A DNA stretch of 64,000 bases. It comes from an uncultured virus (IMG/VR IMGVR_UViG_3300035034_001389) (taxonomy: Duplodnaviria; Heunggongvirae; Uroviricota; Caudoviricetes). The notes beneath the pieces are model-generated. The model made no database searches. It was not told where the DNA came from and saw nothing but the letters and a program-made list of their open reading frames with translations. Where the stretch lies: the IMG/VR virus record IMGVR_UViG_3300035034_001389, one strand, 5' to 3'. Numbering within the stretch: position 1 is the first letter of the stretch; each line of letters starts with the position of its first letter. Shown in pieces: positions 49,929 through 58,380 of the stretch. The translations under genes and the position numbers were made by a program.

Positions 49929-52493
49929 TTGACTTACATATCAGCAGTACTTAAAGATTATAGGAAGACTGTAAGAGTATGGTCTAGAAATAAAGATGGT
50001 CGTCGTAGCTATCATGATTACGATGCACCGTATTATTTCTACATTCCTGATAAAAATGGATCACATACGAATATTATTGGTGATACATTTGATCGTTTGG
50101 ACTTTAATACCCCTAAAGACTTCCATGAGGCTGTCGAGGCGTACAAGAGAGCCAGAGTTGATATCCATGAATCCGATATCAAACCTATGTATAAAATCCT
50201 CTCAGAACAGTTTCTAGGGGCTGACATTGGACAATTAAATGTAACATTTTTTGATATTGAGGTTGATTATGACCCAGAAATTGGATACTCAAGTACTGAA
50301 AACCCATATGCTCCTATAAATTCAATAGCATTATATCATTACCATTCAGGTAAGACAGTAGTACTTGCTGTACCACCAACGGGCAGGGCAGGTATATCTG
50401 TAAATGATTTACCGAATGATATTACATCTGCTGGTGAAATTGTATTATTTGATAATGAGCGTGATTTATTAAAACGATTCTTTCAAGAAATTTATGATAG
50501 TGATATTATATCAGGGTGGAACTCTGATTTCTTTGACGTACCATATACTTATGAACGTGCAAATATGGTTATATCAAAGAATGCCGGTAATCAGTTATGT
50601 TTTCCTGACGCAGGTACACCATACTATCAAGAAGTTGAGAAGTTTGGAAGAATGCAAAAACGTCTTAAATTACAAGGTAGGGTTACATTAGACTATTTAG
50701 AAGTATATAAAAACTTTGAAATGGCCAATAAGCCTAGTTATGCATTAGAAAGTGTCGCAGAAGATGAATTAGAAGGTATGGAGAAGTTATCATATACTGG
50801 AACATTGCATCAACTATATAATGATGACTTTGAAGAGTTCTTGAGATACAATCTACGAGATACCGAAATCCTTAAAGGTCTAGAAGACGTTAAGAAATAT
50901 ATTCAACTGGCTATACAAATGTCTCACATGAATACATGTACAATTGATGATGTTTTAGGCACTATACAAATATCTCAATGTTCAATAATAAATTCATGTC
51001 ATCAACAGGGGATGATTGTTGGTGATCATACCCCACCAGAAGAAACAATGGGTAAATATAGTGGTGCTACAGTAATCGATCCTAAAGCTGGGATGCATGA
51101 TTATACGGCATCAGTTGACTTAAAGTCACTATATCCCATGACAATGATATCATTAAATATAAGTCCAGAAACAATTAGAGGTCAATTCGCTGAAAGGGAA
51201 ATCGCATACAATGCTATAGTACACTTAACACAACAAATGGTCACATTCATCGATGAATCTAATGGGAATACTTTAAGAACTACTGGTGAAAAATGGAATA
51301 AAATTTTACTAAAAAAGAACTGGTGTATTAGTGCATTAGGTACGGTATATGACCAAAACGTAAATGGCATTATCCCTTCAGTATTAAGTACATGGTTTGC
51401 TGAACGTAAAGAATTCAAAGGAAAGATGGCAGAAGCTAAAAGAGAAGGGGACGATTTAAAAGCTGAATATTACGACCGAATGCAGTATATTAAGAAAATT
51501 CAACTTAATTCAATGTATGGTGCATGTGGTAATAAGTATTTTAAATTTTATGATGTGAGATTAGCAGAATCAACAACCTTATCAGGGCGTGAAGTACTTT
51601 ACCACATGGGTAGAACTATAGCATTAAAACTTAATGGTGAGTATGATTTAGAAGCTGACAGTATAGTATATGGTGATACCGACTCTATCTACTTTAAAAC
51701 ATATAAAACCAACCCAGAAGATGCACTTAAAGTTGCTCAAGATGTATGTACTTATGTAAACGAAACATACCCAACATTTATGTCTACGCATTTTTTATGT
51801 GATGAGCATCATGATAGTTACATGGAGGCTGAACAGGAAGTAGTATCTGATCGTGGAATTTATATCAAGAAGAAGTATTATATACTAAACGTTGTATACG
51901 ATGATGGTAAACCTGTCGATAAATTAAAGGATATGGGTGTACCAATCAAAAAGACAACTCTACCTAAAGCCATAAAATTGAAACTGACTAATTTTATAAA
52001 GAGGTTGCTAAAAGGTGAAGATTGGGATATAATAGGTAAAGAAATTGTATTTTATAAAGATGATCTTAAGGATATAAGTGCTAACATACGTGATATAGCA
52101 CTACCAAAAGGCATTACTAAGTTAGAAACATACACTGCTAGATATAATGCCAAAGAACCGGACCTACGATTGCCCGGACACGTAGCAGCATCAATATTTT
52201 GGAACACGTGCCTTAAATTATACAAGGATAAAGAGTCACCACAGATTTCATCCGGTAATAAGTTGGAAATATATTACCTTAAAAAACCAATTGGTAAATT
52301 TAAGAGTATCGCAGTTCCAAAAGATATGCAAGTACTACCTAAATGGTTTGAAGATCATATTGTACCAATTATAGATAAGGATGCACAGATAGAGCGGTTA
52401 GTTGATAAACAAATGAAAATTATGATATCAGCCGCAGGTATTAAAGTACCAACTAAAAAGAAAATATTATTTGAAGAAGGACTATTTGGATGA
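49929..52493 (+). CDS. Family B DNA polymerase (gp43-like)
   Basis: Exonuclease FDIE, GWNSDFFD, YNLRD; polymerase DLKSLYP, KKIQLNSMYG, YGDTDS, KKKY. Confidence 0.97.
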   Translation: MTYISAVLKDYRKTVRVWSRNKDGRRSYHDYDAPYYFYIPDKNGSHTNIIGDTFDRLDFNTPKDFHEAVEAYKRARVDIHESDIKPMYKILSEQFLGADIGQLNVTFFDIEVDYDPEIGYSSTENPYAPINSIALYHYHSGKTVVLAVPPTGRAGISVNDLPNDITSAGEIVLFDNERDLLKRFFQEIYDSDIISGWNSDFFDVPYTYERANMVISKNAGNQLCFPDAGTPYYQEVEKFGRMQKRLKLQGRVTLDYLEVYKNFEMANKPSYALESVAEDELEGMEKLSYTGTLHQLYNDDFEEFLRYNLRDTEILKGLEDVKKYIQLAIQMSHMNTCTIDDVLGTIQISQCSIINSCHQQGMIVGDHTPPEETMGKYSGATVIDPKAGMHDYTASVDLKSLYPMTMISLNISPETIRGQFAEREIAYNAIVHLTQQMVTFIDESNGNTLRTTGEKWNKILLKKNWCISALGTVYDQNVNGIIPSVLSTWFAERKEFKGKMAEAKREGDDLKAEYYDRMQYIKKIQLNSMYGACGNKYFKFYDVRLAESTTLSGREVLYHMGRTIALKLNGEYDLEADSIVYGDTDSIYFKTYKTNPEDALKVAQDVCTYVNETYPTFMSTHFLCDEHHDSYMEAEQEVVSDRGIYIKKKYYILNVVYDDGKPVDKLKDMGVPIKKTTLPKAIKLKLTNFIKRLLKGEDWDIIGKEIVFYKDDLKDISANIRDIALPKGITKLETYTARYNAKEPDLRLPGHVAASIFWNTCLKLYKDKESPQISSGNKLEIYYLKKPIGKFKSIAVPKDMQVLPKWFEDHIVPIIDKDAQIERLVDKQMKIMISAAGIKVPTKKKILFEEGLFG

Positions 52494-53242
52494 AGTTATC
52501 AGAAAAAACAACCGATATTATAATTGAGGCTGTCAGGTTATCAAATAATTTTGGTATTGAGGGGTTAATATTTGATGAGCATGGTGTTCGTGGTTACAAT
52601 GATGATGAAGGTGTTATAGTCGCATCATTAAAGAATCATAATTTTGAATTCGCATCATTGGGATTATCACGATTGGATAGTTTTAAAAAGAAACTCAGAC
52701 TATTGGATGACAGTGATACACTGGAAGTATCTGCCGACACAACTAAACCAAAAGAAGATGCAAATTTACTATCACAAGTGGCAACACCAGATGAAATGGT
52801 TGAAACTTTAAAGTTTAAATGTGGTAAAATTAAATTCGAATATAGGTGTGCGTCACCACACCATATTACTGATATCCCAAAAAAGTCATTGAACTTAGAC
52901 CCAGTGTTTCAATTTATGATTACCAAAGATGATATATCCACTATATCAAAGGGTTATAATGCTATGACCACTAAAAATATGGAAATTATTGGCAAGGGTG
53001 GTAATGTAGAGTTTAAATTTACCGATGAAACCGGAGATTCTTTGAATTTTTCTATTGATGGTGATTTAGAAAGCATTGGTGATGATAAAGAAGTTACATT
53101 AACAATAAATTTAAAGAAGATGTTACCTATTATGTCAATGGCAGCTCAAGATGGAAACTTCACAATAAATATCCTTAAGATGAACATAGTCCACATTGTA
53201 ATTGGTGAACTGGATGTTATCGTAATGCCAGAGGTATCATAA
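52490..53242 (+). CDS. Probable sliding clamp (gp45-like)
   Basis: 250 aa, MKLS start, ATGA overlap with the polymerase stop; polymerase ends in a clamp-binding-like peptide LFEEGLFG. Confidence 0.55.
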   Translation: MKLSEKTTDIIIEAVRLSNNFGIEGLIFDEHGVRGYNDDEGVIVASLKNHNFEFASLGLSRLDSFKKKLRLLDDSDTLEVSADTTKPKEDANLLSQVATPDEMVETLKFKCGKIKFEYRCASPHHITDIPKKSLNLDPVFQFMITKDDISTISKGYNAMTTKNMEIIGKGGNVEFKFTDETGDSLNFSIDGDLESIGDDKEVTLTINLKKMLPIMSMAAQDGNFTINILKMNIVHIVIGELDVIVMPEVS

Positions 53243-53790
53243 TGGGAAAAAAATCGTGGTTTAATAGACTATTTGAAACAAAAGAAGAGGCAATTGAACG
53301 TCAATTTCAAGAGATGCAGGATAATGAAAAATTTGCAGAACTTCTTGAAGATAAAGTAAACAAGATGTTTAATGAATCTAAGAAACGAGAAGAAGACGAA
53401 AAAAATTATGAAAAAATCAAACACGCAGAAAGATTGCAAAAGGCTAAATCTGATACTGCGGTTATTGCCGATGAACTTAAAGATAGCCCAGTTCCATTTG
53501 TTAATGTAATCAGTATTGGGTTTAGTAAGGAAAATGGTATCGAAGTTAAGCTAGATTATAACACTTCATTTATACGATATCTACATGCAAATAAGATTAA
53601 GGCATCCAATGATGATGACACTATTAGATTATGGTTAGCACATCTGGCTGATGATATTAATAAAGAATCACTTGCAGAAGATTATATACGAGGCAATACT
53701 CAAGATGATGAAATATTAGATATGGATTTTTCTACTATATTTGATACTAATGTTGATGACGATCCAAGTAAGGATGGGGTAAATGATTAA
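53242..53790 (+). CDS. Hypothetical protein
   Basis: Coupled ORF in the replication operon; KLDYNTSFIRYL motif. Confidence 0.65.
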   Translation: MGKKSWFNRLFETKEEAIERQFQEMQDNEKFAELLEDKVNKMFNESKKREEDEKNYEKIKHAERLQKAKSDTAVIADELKDSPVPFVNVISIGFSKENGIEVKLDYNTSFIRYLHANKIKASNDDDTIRLWLAHLADDINKESLAEDYIRGNTQDDEILDMDFSTIFDTNVDDDPSKDGVND

Positions 53791-54760
53791 TATAATTTTT
53801 GATGGTAATAATTTAATACATCGAACATTTCACGCAGTTAATAAAAGCGGTGATCCCGATCAAGTTGTTATGAGTTATTGCATTCAGCGAACTCTTGAAA
53901 TGATGGTAGGCTTTTACGAAACCCATAAAGCTGATAATGTCATAATAGCGTTTGATAGTTATTCTTGGAGAAGAGAATACACGGCTGATCTAAGTAAATG
54001 TGTGACTAATAAAAAATATAAAGGACACCGTTTAGATGATAAGACACCACAACAATTAACTATGCGAAAACTACTAGAAGAACACATAGAAGAGTTTTAT
54101 GAAATGTTAAATGGTATAACCAGTGTTCTAGTTTTACGTGGTGAAAAGCTTGAAGGTGATGACCTTATGGCTGCGTATGTTCGAATGAACTTGGATGACA
54201 CTAATGTCGTTGTAAGTGGTGATAAAGATATGATGCAGTTACTTAGGTATGATAATGTTAAAGTAGTTGACCCAGCAACTGGTAAAGAGCGAACACTCAA
54301 AGATCACAACAACGATCCAGACTTTTTTATATTCGAAAAGTGCATTCGTGGTGAAGCTAAGAAAAGTGATAATGTCCAATCAAGTTATCCAAGGTTGACA
54401 AAAGTTAAAATGCTTAAAGCTATGAATGATGAATACCTAATGAGTGAAATAATGAACCACACATTTACGGTGGTTGAACTTATGGAAGATGGTGAGTATA
54501 AAGATGTTAATTATGTCACTAAGGAATTATTTGCAGAGAATAAATTACTGATGGACCTAACAAAACAACCTAAAGATATTCAGAAGCGTATGGTTAGAAG
54601 TGTATTAGCAGCTAAAGAAGAGCGAAATAGATATAACCATTTTAAGTTTATCAGGTATTGTCACAAAAAAGAGCTTCTTAGTATTATTAATAGGGTGGAA
54701 TCTTACGTCCCTATGTTAGCATGTGGGAATCAATTCTCGTCCAAATCTCGACGCGGTTGA
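53783..54760 (+). CDS. rnh: T4 RNase H-like 5'-3' exonuclease / flap endonuclease
   Basis: IFDGNN, AFD...WRR...YKGHR, EGDD, SGDKDMMQL, DNV. Confidence 0.88.
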   Translation: MINIIFDGNNLIHRTFHAVNKSGDPDQVVMSYCIQRTLEMMVGFYETHKADNVIIAFDSYSWRREYTADLSKCVTNKKYKGHRLDDKTPQQLTMRKLLEEHIEEFYEMLNGITSVLVLRGEKLEGDDLMAAYVRMNLDDTNVVVSGDKDMMQLLRYDNVKVVDPATGKERTLKDHNNDPDFFIFEKCIRGEAKKSDNVQSSYPRLTKVKMLKAMNDEYLMSEIMNHTFTVVELMEDGEYKDVNYVTKELFAENKLLMDLTKQPKDIQKRMVRSVLAAKEERNRYNHFKFIRYCHKKELLSIINRVESYVPMLACGNQFSSKSRRG

Positions 54761-55101
54761 CTCTTTTTAGAGTTAACATAAAGACCAAATATTGCAGTTG
54801 ATAGACCGATTATAGTAGTTGCCAAGGCAGCTTGCTCTAGGGTTGGGCCACCAGCAACACCATCAACAGTACATGAAAGTTCGTGGACCTTATCAATGGG
54901 TATTTTAGATCGTATTAAAATTTCTACCATAGCCTCATTGCATTTCTCATTAATATATGTTGGAATGCTGGTAATCCAATTATATAGTTTATATACAAGA
55001 AAACCATAGCCTGCAAGTAGCAGTCTAGGTATTACTCTAAAATTATCTAAAATTTCTGATATTTTAGATAATTTTTTATAAATTGTATTTGATTCACTCA
55101 T
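54730..55101 (-). CDS. Two-TM membrane protein (holin-like candidate)
   Basis: LDNFRVIPRLLL...W and PTLEQAALATTIIG...FGLYVN hydrophobic segments; start reassigned to ATG 55101 behind CATAAATA (55114-55107). Confidence 0.55.
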   Translation of the reverse strand: MSESNTIYKKLSKISEILDNFRVIPRLLLAGYGFLVYKLYNWITSIPTYINEKCNEAMVEILIRSKIPIDKVHELSCTVDGVAGGPTLEQAALATTIIGLSTAIFGLYVNSKKSQPRRDLDEN

Positions 55102-55139
55102 ACATTTATTTATGTAAATAATAATATAATGGTATAAAA

Positions 55140-55943
55140 ATGCAAGATAATGAAGAACCAAAAAAGCGTGGACCCGGTAGACCTAAGAAGGGTGAAGTTG
55201 TTATAACTAAACGCAAAAAACCCAAGAAGAAAAAACCTACTAGGCCAGTTGGCAGACCCAAGATACACATGCCATTCAATGAAGCTAGGGAACTGGTGCG
55301 TAATGAAGGCATAGGATCATTCTCACAGTATAGACTATGGTGGAAGCTAAATACCCCTGCCAGAATACCAAAACGCCCTGACCGCACATATAACGAGAAC
55401 TGGAAGGGATGGAATGACTTTCTGGACAACAATAACAGGTATCCATGCGTCAAGAAAACATTTCGAGCCTTTAATGAAGCAAAAACATACGCCCAGCAAT
55501 TAGGACTTGCTTCAAAGGCTGAATGGATATCATACGCAAAGGGTAATAAGAAGCCTAAAGACATACCATCCAGACCAGATTTAGCATATCGAAATGATTG
55601 GTTTACTTGGAAAGATTTCTTAGGTGCTGATGCTGTAAGTAGAAAGCGCAATATTGAGGAATATGGTGGTGTATTCTTTATAATTAGAAATGCTGGTAGG
55701 CCACATAATGTATATCAAATGGGAATAACCTTAGAGGGTGTGGATGCTATAACTAGCGTTCAAAGTCAGCAACAATTTCAAATAATTGCAATGTTTAAAT
55801 GTGAAATAACTTTCCCTTGGGAAATTTATCTAAGTGAATATGGCACAAAATACTGGGAGTCTGGCAGGGAGGATGAATTTAAGATTGCAAATATAGGTGA
55901 ATTTATATTTGCAATCGATGATGATGTCGAAAAGATTAATTAA
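55140..55943 (+). CDS. Putative DNA-binding protein with AT-hook-like motifs and two integrase-repeat-like units
   Basis: RGPGRPKK, VGRPK; two FNEA...IPxRPDxxY...WxxWxDFL repeats. Confidence 0.65.
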   Translation: MQDNEEPKKRGPGRPKKGEVVITKRKKPKKKKPTRPVGRPKIHMPFNEARELVRNEGIGSFSQYRLWWKLNTPARIPKRPDRTYNENWKGWNDFLDNNNRYPCVKKTFRAFNEAKTYAQQLGLASKAEWISYAKGNKKPKDIPSRPDLAYRNDWFTWKDFLGADAVSRKRNIEEYGGVFFIIRNAGRPHNVYQMGITLEGVDAITSVQSQQQFQIIAMFKCEITFPWEIYLSEYGTKYWESGREDEFKIANIGEFIFAIDDDVEKIN

Positions 55944-56368
55944 TCAAATATTGGCATCAATGTCAATATTGCCTCTAAATCCCTAATAATTGGAATATGT
56001 ATACTTCTACCATTTTTATAAAATTCATCAAACGTATACCAAATGGTTTCACCCGTTTCATAAGTGGTATCTATAAAGTGTGATGGAGCAGAACTGTTAA
56101 CACGTGTAAAATATACATCTGTATATCGCATATATGTACCTAATAACAATACTTCACCACAATTTTCCTTAGTCAAGCCTAACTCTTCATTAGCTTCTCG
56201 GGTAGCCGCATCTATACTAATTTCACCTTCATCTACCTTACCTTTAGCTATTTGAAATTGATTTCCGCCATATTTTGGATTCGATGGCTTCATAAGCATC
56301 ATTTTTACGATGTTATCTTCAATTATATATGGTATTAAGCCTGCTCTTGGAACTCTTTTATTCTTCAT
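55940..56368 (-). CDS. NUDIX hydrolase
   Basis: Nudix box KGKVDEGEISIDAATREANEELG; start reassigned to ATG 56368 because the track's start overlaps the promoter -10 region. Confidence 0.9.
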   Translation of the reverse strand: MKNKRVPRAGLIPYIIEDNIVKMMLMKPSNPKYGGNQFQIAKGKVDEGEISIDAATREANEELGLTKENCGEVLLLGTYMRYTDVYFTRVNSSAPSHFIDTTYETGETIWYTFDEFYKNGRSIHIPIIRDLEAILTLMPIFD

Positions 56369-56374
56369 ATTACA

Positions 56375-56403
56375 ATTATACATTATTAATAATAATTAAT
56401 CAA
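56375..56403 (-). promoter_or_regulatory. Sigma70-type promoter for the NUDIX gene
   Basis: TTGATT (56403-56398), 17-nt spacer, TATAAT (56380-56375). Confidence 0.7.
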
Positions 56404-56431
56404 TACAACAAGCTCACACAAATAATTAAGG

Positions 56432-56439
56432 TATAAATA
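56432..56439 (+). promoter_or_regulatory. T4-type late promoter
   Basis: TATAAATA upstream of an AAGGAG SD and ATG 56490. Confidence 0.7.
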
Positions 56440-56489
56440 TTATCAAATAGACAATTAATTAATTAATTAAACAACAAAGGAGAATTAAA

Positions 56490-56879
56490 ATGTCAAATAA
56501 AGCAGTAAGTAAACACCCAAAGCTACCACATGTAGAATGGATCGATATTAATGACGAGGGTATTGCAGTAGAATGCATCGTTGTTAAGCGTGATAAGAAT
56601 AATGGTGATGTATATTTCCTAGAAACACAGGCTCTAGACCGAATCGATCTAGACCGATTAACTAGCATACTACAAAAGCGTGATGCTGACAAGTACCAAC
56701 TTTGGGATTTGTTGGATAATACAACACTTGCAAATGGTGAAAATGCTCTAGAGTTTTATCACCAGCTAGTAAAAGTATGTACTGCACAAAATCGAATCAT
56801 GACACCAAAACAGGGTCAGATGGGTATTCGAATAGTAGAAGAAAAGCCACGTGGTCCGGGTAGACCAAAAGGGTCTTAA
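56490..56879 (+). CDS. Hypothetical late protein with C-terminal AT-hook-like motif
   Basis: Own late promoter and terminator; ends RGPGRPKGS. Confidence 0.7.
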   Translation: MSNKAVSKHPKLPHVEWIDINDEGIAVECIVVKRDKNNGDVYFLETQALDRIDLDRLTSILQKRDADKYQLWDLLDNTTLANGENALEFYHQLVKVCTAQNRIMTPKQGQMGIRIVEEKPRGPGRPKGS

Positions 56880-56894
56880 AAGCCTTAAAGGTTT

Positions 56895-56925
56895 AAAAGG
56901 GGGGGAAACCCCCTTTTTATTTTTT
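56895..56925 (+). terminator. Rho-independent terminator
   Basis: AAAAGGGGG-GGAAA-CCCCCTTTT followed by a T-rich tail. Confidence 0.85.
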
Positions 56926-56950
56926 AAATAAGCACATATAAAAAACAAGA

Positions 56951-56958
56951 CATAAATA
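56951..56958 (+). promoter_or_regulatory. Late promoter variant (CATAAATA) heading the glycosylation cluster
   Basis: CATAAATAGT, the same 10-mer as upstream of the tail sheath gene; downstream of a terminator; AGGAG SD follows. Confidence 0.6.
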
Positions 56959-56983
56959 GTTTAACATATCTAGGAGAATAATT

Positions 56984-58372
56984 ATGGAAGCCAACACCAT
57001 TTTTGTTCAGATTGCATCATATCGTGATCCTGAACTAATCAACACACTTAATGGGTTAATAACCTACGCAGAAAAACCTGAAAACTTACACATTTGTGTC
57101 TGTTGGCAACATGGCCCAGAAGACACAACTGATATTTTTCTAAACTCTGATTTTTATATATATAATTTTGATGAAATAGAAGATGATGACGGTGTTAAAA
57201 GTACAGTTATGAACATGACTAAAAATGGTGCGAAATTATCAGTCATTGATTTTGATTATAATGAAACAGAGGGTGCTTGCTGGGCGAGATACCAAATTCA
57301 AAAGCGTTATTCTGGTGAACGATATACTCTACAATTAGATTCACATCACAGATTTGTCCCCAATTGGGATGAAATATGTATTGACATGCTAGAGTCAGTA
57401 CGCAGCGAAGACACACCTAAGCCACTATTGACTGGATATATACCATCATTTGACCCTGATAATGACCCTAGTGCCAGAGTACAAATACCTTGGAAAATGG
57501 ATTTCGATAGGTTCATTCCAGAAGGTGCAGTGTTCTTTAGACCATCTTCAATTGATAACTATAAGGAACTTACAAAGCCTATGTGCTCACGTTTTTATTC
57601 AGCACATTTTTGTTTTGTTGATGGTGACTTCACAGAGAAGGTACCACATGACCCTGATTATTTCTTCCACGGTGAAGAAATATCTATAGCAGTTAGAGCA
57701 TTCACACATGGATATGATCTATTTCACCCCCACAAAGTTGTGGCTTGGCATGAATATACACGAAAGGGTAGAACTAAAGTCTGGGATGATCACACAACAA
57801 CTAGTAAGAATGATGGTAATATCAAGCTAGATTGGGTTGAACGTAATAATCTTTGCCATAAGAGAAACCGAATACTATTTGGCATGGATGGTGAAGACCC
57901 AGCACAAATTGACTTTGGTAAATTTGGATTTGGTGATGTTAGAACTGTCAGAGAATATGAAGAATATGCTGGCATTAGTTTTGAATACCGTGGTGTACAA
58001 CAGCCAACATTGGATAGGAAAGACCCACCCAACAATATCCCATATGATAATGAGAAACAGTGGAAGGTATTGTTTGCACGTTCTAATGATGTACACATAT
58101 GCCTACATAAAAATGAATTAATTGAGAGTGGTGAAGAACTATTGGATGATTATGACTTTTTCTATGTCGGTACACATGATGAAAATGGTGACGAAATACA
58201 TCGGAAAGACATTACTAAAGATGAAATATACCAATATATAAATAGTGATAACGGTTTCGTTGATTATCGACTAATTTTTCTTTCGACTAAACGCCCAACA
58301 CATTACACGGTATGGGTACATAGTGAAAGTAAAGAATGGATGAAAAAAATAACTAAGCCTATTGACTATTAG
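56984..58372 (+). CDS. GT60-like (PF11397 GlcNAc) polypeptide/hydroxyproline alpha-GlcNAc transferase
   Basis: TIFVQIASYRDPEL, GACWAR, LQLDSHHRF...WD (DSH metal motif), FFHGEE...RAFTHGYDLFHP, WHEY. Confidence 0.85.
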   Translation: MEANTIFVQIASYRDPELINTLNGLITYAEKPENLHICVCWQHGPEDTTDIFLNSDFYIYNFDEIEDDDGVKSTVMNMTKNGAKLSVIDFDYNETEGACWARYQIQKRYSGERYTLQLDSHHRFVPNWDEICIDMLESVRSEDTPKPLLTGYIPSFDPDNDPSARVQIPWKMDFDRFIPEGAVFFRPSSIDNYKELTKPMCSRFYSAHFCFVDGDFTEKVPHDPDYFFHGEEISIAVRAFTHGYDLFHPHKVVAWHEYTRKGRTKVWDDHTTTSKNDGNIKLDWVERNNLCHKRNRILFGMDGEDPAQIDFGKFGFGDVRTVREYEEYAGISFEYRGVQQPTLDRKDPPNNIPYDNEKQWKVLFARSNDVHICLHKNELIESGEELLDDYDFFYVGTHDENGDEIHRKDITKDEIYQYINSDNGFVDYRLIFLSTKRPTHYTVWVHSESKEWMKKITKPIDY

Positions 58373-58380
58373 GTGAAAAC

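Noticed and set aside
49929..52493. Intein or intron in the DNA polymerase
   Set aside because: 854 aa with all motifs at normal spacing; no intein or homing endonuclease motifs seen.
55140..55943. Integrase
   Set aside because: Only the short integrase-associated repeat units are present; no tyrosine or serine recombinase catalytic domain.
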